A stretch of 45,127 bases of DNA from Saprospirales bacterium (GTDB taxonomy: Bacteria; Bacteroidota; Bacteroidia; Chitinophagales; JADJOU01). Shown one piece after another: positions 40,579 through 45,127 of this stretch (within the stretch, counting starts at the first letter, position 1; each line of letters begins with the position of its first letter). The stretch spans positions 1 to 45,127 of the forward strand of contig CANESS010000003.1 of assembly GCA_947441115.1 (NCBI GenBank). The letters are read 5' to 3'. A model generated the notes under the pieces. The model saw only the letters and a list, made by a program, of their open reading frames with translations. It was not told where the DNA came from and did no database searches. A program made the position numbers and the translations under genes.

Positions 40579-43032
40579 TTATTTCTTAAATTTTCTTCGA
40601 TAAACCATACTCATCAATGAACCGATGGTCATTAATATACAACCAAACCATAAAATTTGAATATACGGGAACTCTAAAACTTTTAATATAATCCAGTCAT
40701 TAGAGCTACCATTATCCTCTACAGAGAAATGAAATTCATGAGCCTCAGGAACTATATTGACTAGATTTATACGGAGTGATTTATCCTTAGATACGGATAC
40801 CGGATTATCAAAACTTTTACTTGTAAGACTTAGTTTGTAGTAAATCTCTATTGGTTCTTCTTTGCCGTCTAGGTCGCATACTCTCAGATAGGCCTTGAGT
40901 TCTATATCTTTATTAGATTTATTTTCTGACGAAAACACCTTATCAAAAACCACGAACTTGGAACCTGTATAGAATGTATCTTTCAATTTAATTTTCTTAA
41001 TAATTGCTTTCCCTTTTTTATCGGTATCATCCGGCACAGAGCTCACATGAGAAAATACATCCTTATTCCAGAAACTCTTAATCCCTGGCTCAGGATTCAA
41101 TCTATTATTTTCACCTTCCTTAATGATTTTAGCTTCAGGATATATGACAAATGAATCGGCTAGATTATTCCTATCTTGAAATAACACTCTATATTTTTCT
41201 CCTTTAAATACATCTGATTTACCTTGATACGTCACCCAATAATCTCCCATTGCCTCCCTCTTATCGAGCAGAAGTAAGGTATTGCTGGACTGCTCTTCTA
41301 TACTAAATTCTTTTCCTAAATCGATCCCAGCCATATTTTGAGATATAGCCTTTTTCTGATACTGGGAAATAAGCGCACCCAATACCAATAAACCAAAACC
41401 TATGTGAGCAATACTTCCACCCCAATACAGTTTTTGTCCATTTCTCAATTGAGAAAACAAATACCATATGGAGAGCACTATCATAGTCAGCGAACTGACA
41501 AACAACATGAGATAGGTAGATAAAAACTTCACAGTTAGTTTATAGGTTTTTACCTCCAATATATACTCCTGAAAAGGCTCTATTTTAGTACGATATAAAT
41601 GAATGGAGGTCACTACTAATGCGATGATCAATGCAATGCCCAGTTGTTTAAAAACTTTGATTGCCTTTGTATTCTTATAGCTTAGCCAGAGGGAAATAGC
41701 CATAAGCGAAGTAACTAGAATGGCAAACCAGATCTGAATACTATTGTAATGATCATTTGCGTTGATAGGCGGTGCAAGTTTTTCTTTGAACTCGAATAGT
41801 TTATTCCAAACAGGAATAGAGGTGGTAAAGCTAATCTGAAGCGCAGATACAACTATGAAAAGTACGCCCATAAACATCCAAAATTCTCGACTTCTAGTAT
41901 GCTCTTCTTGCTTTATATCCGGAATTTTAGACCAATAAAATGCCATCAGTAAAAAAGCCGGAATCAAAAGTATCCCAAGAAAAACAAGCAGCTGACCTGT
42001 CATTCCAAGATCGGTAAATGAATGCACTGAGCTATCTCCTAAAATACCACTGCGTGTGAGAAACGTAGAATATAGCACGAAACCGAATCCAAGTATTAGC
42101 AATGTATATGTTGCTTTTAGACTGTGACCGGTAGATTTAAAAATAAGAAGTGTATGTAAACCCGCCACTAAAAATAGCCACGGCACTAAGCTCGCATTCT
42201 CTACGGGATCCCATGCCCAGAAACCACCGAAACTCAATGCTTCATAAGCCCATTTACCACCCATCAATATACCTGTACCCAAGGCAGCTACGGAGAATAA
42301 AGACCAGCTGTTGACCTCACGTGTCCAGCTAGTAAAATCTCTTTTTACTAGCGACGATAAAGCAAAGCTAAACGGAATAGATGCACTAGCAAAGCCTAGG
42401 AAAAGCACTGGCGGATGAATGACCATCCAATAATTTTGTAGTAGAATATTAAGGCCATTCCCATCTTTAATTAACGCTAAATAATTCGGATTACTCAATA
42501 TAGGAATACTCATTTCATCGCGCAGGAGAATAAAAGGATTCATCCCGATCAATTTTCCAAAAACATCAACGCCCAGTATCATAGTAAGCAATAATGCTTG
42601 GATAAGCATAAGCACTGCCAAGGCTCCTAGCTTAGTATCATTGGATTTTCTAACTAGAAAATAACCCAAAATGGCCTGCCAAACTATCCATAGAATAAAA
42701 CTACCTTCCTGACCCTCCCACATAGCAGATAGAATATAGTACCATGGTAGTTCCCTAGAGGAATGTCGCCAGATATAATGATATTCGAAATACTGACCTT
42801 TGAAAAGAAATATAAGTAGTAAAAAAATACCAAAAACTGAAGCCAAGTGAACCCAAAAGAAAGCCTTTATCTGCTTGAGCTGGCTTTCATTTTTTTCTAT
42901 TGATAAAAAATGCTTTAGTCCGAGTATAAATAGGAATAAAGATGTAACAAACGCTGTAATGATGAATAGATGGCCTAAATGACCATAAAACAAATGCTCA
43001 TTTAGATAAAAATTGTCTGTAAATTGCCTCAC
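40579..43032 (-). CDS. ccmF: cytochrome c biogenesis heme lyase CcmF/NrfE family
   Basis: WEGQEGS, IHPP, WAYEALSFGGFWAWDPVENAS (WWD domain), FLTRSG, SVHSF. Confidence 0.92.
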   Translation of the reverse strand: MRQFTDNFYLNEHLFYGHLGHLFIITAFVTSLFLFILGLKHFLSIEKNESQLKQIKAFFWVHLASVFGIFLLLIFLFKGQYFEYHYIWRHSSRELPWYYILSAMWEGQEGSFILWIVWQAILGYFLVRKSNDTKLGALAVLMLIQALLLTMILGVDVFGKLIGMNPFILLRDEMSIPILSNPNYLALIKDGNGLNILLQNYWMVIHPPVLFLGFASASIPFSFALSSLVKRDFTSWTREVNSWSLFSVAALGTGILMGGKWAYEALSFGGFWAWDPVENASLVPWLFLVAGLHTLLIFKSTGHSLKATYTLLILGFGFVLYSTFLTRSGILGDSSVHSFTDLGMTGQLLVFLGILLIPAFLLMAFYWSKIPDIKQEEHTRSREFWMFMGVLFIVVSALQISFTTSIPVWNKLFEFKEKLAPPINANDHYNSIQIWFAILVTSLMAISLWLSYKNTKAIKVFKQLGIALIIALVVTSIHLYRTKIEPFQEYILEVKTYKLTVKFLSTYLMLFVSSLTMIVLSIWYLFSQLRNGQKLYWGGSIAHIGFGLLVLGALISQYQKKAISQNMAGIDLGKEFSIEEQSSNTLLLLDKREAMGDYWVTYQGKSDVFKGEKYRVLFQDRNNLADSFVIYPEAKIIKEGENNRLNPEPGIKSFWNKDVFSHVSSVPDDTDKKGKAIIKKIKLKDTFYTGSKFVVFDKVFSSENKSNKDIELKAYLRVCDLDGKEEPIEIYYKLSLTSKSFDNPVSVSKDKSLRINLVNIVPEAHEFHFSVEDNGSSNDWIILKVLEFPYIQILWFGCILMTIGSLMSMVYRRKFKK

Positions 43033-43207
43033 GTTATACTATTTATAAAAAAATACTCGATACTTAACTCCTAAATCTTCTGCAGTTAAAGAACTTTATC
43101 CTTAACCGCGCTGCGAATTATCGACAAATCTAATACCTTTCTAATAAGTGAATAATCAAAAAAGATTAACGGAATAAGGCTACAGCATTATAGATAATCT
43201 CAATTAT

Positions 43208-44374
43208 CTAATGCATTCGTTTCGCAACTAGATTGAATACCCAGCGGGACATTTCACCATGTGCACTAGCATCATAATCCGATTTACTGCAAGGATAGAA
43301 TCTATCTACAACACTCTCATCTAGGGGTAATTCTACCCACCAGTGGTTGGAGAGCTTACTATTCCAAAAGTGAAAAGGTTTAGAGTTAAACTCGCTATGC
43401 TCTACCATATAAACTTGAAAATTATCATACTGGTCAGCTATTTCAGGGGACTCATCTGTTCTATAAGTGTATCCTTCTAGAAAATACCATAGGCTATGCG
43501 CTACCACCTGTGTAGTCAAATGTCTAATATCAAATTGGGGATTGACTTCGTAGATTCCTATAGACTTTACCTTAGAACTCATACCACAGAGTCGGGTTAT
43601 TTGACAGAGTTCATCTGATTGAAACCCATTTGGTGATTGCTGACTGCGCCCTGGAGCATCGCTTTGTTTTATGCAGGATACGTCAATACTCACCATATCG
43701 GCCATTTGAAATATATGAGCCCACTGCGGCACACTATATCTCACCTGACCTAATCTAATAGTCTCAAAAGACATAGAGTCTATGACATCCAATACATTGT
43801 AATTGGTAAAATAAGACTGGTATCCAAACATGGACAAATGAAATAACTGTGGCTGTTCACTAGCCAACAGATGTTGTAAAAAACCATCTGAAGTGATAGT
43901 TTCTTGAGATTTCAATAAATCTATTCGCTCATCTACCACTGTCACCGAAATATTATCCTCGAGACCCTCAAAGCCATTATACTGAGATACCGTTAAATCT
44001 TGACTACCTCCTAATACGATCACAGGTATATTATTTTTATAAATATAACTTAAAACCGCTTCTAACTTCTCATAGGTATCCAATACTTCCTCAGCATCAA
44101 GGATATTTCCTAGATCCAATATTTTTGGCATAGGATTGGGAATATTAAGTCGATAAAAATCTTTTCTAATTTCATCGGGAGCCATATCACAGCTCAGATT
44201 TTTAAAACCCGCCGCTCTGGCCTCTTTGACCCCAATGATAGCTATATCATAATTGGAAAAATCATAGATATCATCTTCTAGAAACTTCACATGATAGCCT
44301 ATTTCATACTGGTGATAATTCTTTTCATCACTGATATACGCCAAGTCTGGCATCTCTAAATATTGCGAAAGCAT
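43208..44374 (-). CDS. arginase/ureohydrolase-fold protein (Bacteroidota type, commonly annotated formimidoylglutamase)
   Basis: APDEIRKDFYRL, DLGNI, LGGSQDLT, SPNGF, YEVNP; the metal-ligand motifs are degenerate. Confidence 0.82.
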   Translation of the reverse strand: MLSQYLEMPDLAYISDEKNYHQYEIGYHVKFLEDDIYDFSNYDIAIIGVKEARAAGFKNLSCDMAPDEIRKDFYRLNIPNPMPKILDLGNILDAEEVLDTYEKLEAVLSYIYKNNIPVIVLGGSQDLTVSQYNGFEGLEDNISVTVVDERIDLLKSQETITSDGFLQHLLASEQPQLFHLSMFGYQSYFTNYNVLDVIDSMSFETIRLGQVRYSVPQWAHIFQMADMVSIDVSCIKQSDAPGRSQQSPNGFQSDELCQITRLCGMSSKVKSIGIYEVNPQFDIRHLTTQVVAHSLWYFLEGYTYRTDESPEIADQYDNFQVYMVEHSEFNSKPFHFWNSKLSNHWWVELPLDESVVDRFYPCSKSDYDASAHGEMSRWVFNLVAKRMH

Positions 44375-44465
44375 TCACAAAATTAAGGTATTATGGCCTA
44401 GAACCTAACGATTGATTCATAACATATTGGTAGAAATTGGATAGAAAATCAAACACTAGTAAAAA

Positions 44466-44497
44466 TAAATAAAGCTCCAAAGTTGGAGCTTTATTTA
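44466..44497 (-). terminator. intrinsic terminator downstream of tRNA-Leu
   Basis: perfect inverted repeat TAAATAAAGCTCCAA-ag-TTGGAGCTTTATTTA directly 3' of the tRNA. Confidence 0.85.
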
Positions 44498-44503
44498 AAA
44501 AAG

Positions 44504-44587
44504 TACCCGCGACTGGAATCGAACCAGCACTTCCTTGCGAAAACCAGATTTTGAGTCTAGCGCGTCTACCAATTCCGCCACACGGGC
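44504..44587 (-). tRNA. tRNA-Leu (anticodon CAA)
   Basis: GCCCGTG-TGGCGGAATTGGTAGACGCG-CTAGA CTCAAAA TCTGG-long variable arm-GCTGG TTCGATT CCAGT-CGCGGGT-A; 84 nt; CCA not encoded. Confidence 0.96.
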
Positions 44588-44616
44588 AGGTACATTTAAT
44601 TTGGAGTGTAAATATA

Positions 44617-44870
44617 TTATAATTCTTTATTTAAAACTCCAATTTCTTTCAATCAGTCTTTTCCTCTGGTCGATTTTAAATATTTCTCACGAATTCTAGC
44701 TTCTGACTAAGTATCGAAAGACTCTGTATGTATGATAGACCATGGCATATGTCTTTTTTATATCTATTGCCTCCTCAATTTTGTTCTTTTAATCTTATTT
44801 CAAGATCCTTAGACATTCCTACGTAGGTTCAACAACCTATAATGCTCAGTAAAACATAAACTATTATCAT
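44617..44870 (-). pseudogene. small GIY-YIG nuclease (SLX1-like/UPF0213-like, ~84 aa) pseudogene
   Basis: MIIVYVLLSIIGC*TYVGMSKDLEIRLKEQN*GGNRYKK, then after a frameshift HMPWSIIHTESFDT*SEARIREKYLKSTRGKD*LKEIGVLNKEL*; VYVL..YVG..L..RL..N...PW...A..RE..LKS pattern; 254 bp with one frameshift and four premature stops. Confidence 0.88.
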
Positions 44871-44940
44871 CCTTGAAAACCAGATTTTGAGTCTAGTGCG
44901 TCTGCCCATATCTGACGACAGGCAGGAATTCCGCCACACG
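44870..44940 (-). repeat. partial (5') copy of tRNA-Leu(CAA) with a 20-bp insertion in the D-loop
   Basis: matches 44532-44584 except for 2 substitutions, a 2-nt deletion in the variable arm and the insert at 44907-44926; lacks the first 3 nt, the T-arm and the 3' acceptor strand. Confidence 0.9.
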
Positions 44941-45043
44941 CTTGCAGATACTAAATTTAGATTTTAAATACAATAGATTTATTTATTAAGAAATCCTTTT
45001 TATTTCTTCCAAACCCTCCAATAAACTATTGACTAATGGTTAT

Positions 45044-45076
45044 AAAAAAGTGGCTGTCAAAATTGACAGCCACTTT
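45044..45076 (-). terminator. intrinsic terminator for the gene entering from the right edge
   Basis: AAAGTGGCTGTCAA-aa-TTGACAGCCACTTT hairpin with a U-tract on the minus strand. Confidence 0.8.
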
Positions 45077-45097
45077 GTGAATAAAATTATTTAATTA

Positions 45098-45127
45098 TTA
45101 CTTTATCACCTGCAGCTTACGCACAAT
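45098..45127 (-). CDS. 3' end of a gene beginning outside the window, possibly T9SS cargo
   Basis: ...IVRKLQVIK* resembles the terminal K(L/I)xxxK strand of T9SS CTDs and is followed by a terminator; only 9 codons are visible. Confidence 0.45.
   Translation of the reverse strand: MVRKLQVIK

Noticed and set aside
450-44870. Stop-codon reassignment as the explanation for in-frame stops in the remnants
   Set aside because: The stops include TAA, TAG and TGA and come with frameshifts, and all three codons terminate intact genes in this window.
44870-44940. Second functional tRNA-Leu, intron-containing tRNA, or classical prophage attL/attR
   Set aside because: No T-arm or 3' acceptor strand follows; the insert is far too short for a self-splicing intron; the duplicated part is the 5' portion only ~280 bp away and no integrase is visible.

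Overview
AT-rich bacterial chromosomal segment, almost certainly Bacteroidota: T9SS C-terminal sorting domains, a DUF4249 + TonB-dependent receptor pair, skp-skp-murI, and TAnnTTTG (-7) promoter motifs ahead of many genes. Most of the window is housekeeping (panC 3' end, rmuC, sucB, thyA, rfbA, murI, prmC, typA, ahcY, acs, pnuC, purA, folD, queE, ccmF, tRNA-Leu(CAA)) plus envelope proteins (a 1599-aa T9SS repeat protein, two TonB-dependent receptors, a choice-of-anchor-L/OmpA fusion). Hand translation of the gaps not explained by the ORF track revealed five decayed genes (YbhB/YbcL, NAD-dependent epimerase, DUF1232, OmpA-family, GIY-YIG nuclease), a 21-bp tandem repeat and a ~105-bp MITE-like element. 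The most unusual structure is at the right end, on the minus strand: a 5' fragment of tRNA-Leu with a 20-bp palindrome-like insert in its D-loop, fused directly to the ATG of a small decayed GIY-YIG nuclease gene, followed by the intact tRNA-Leu. It looks like the relic of a tRNA-associated, integrase-free GIY-YIG cassette. All assignments come from motif recognition by eye; no database searches were run.
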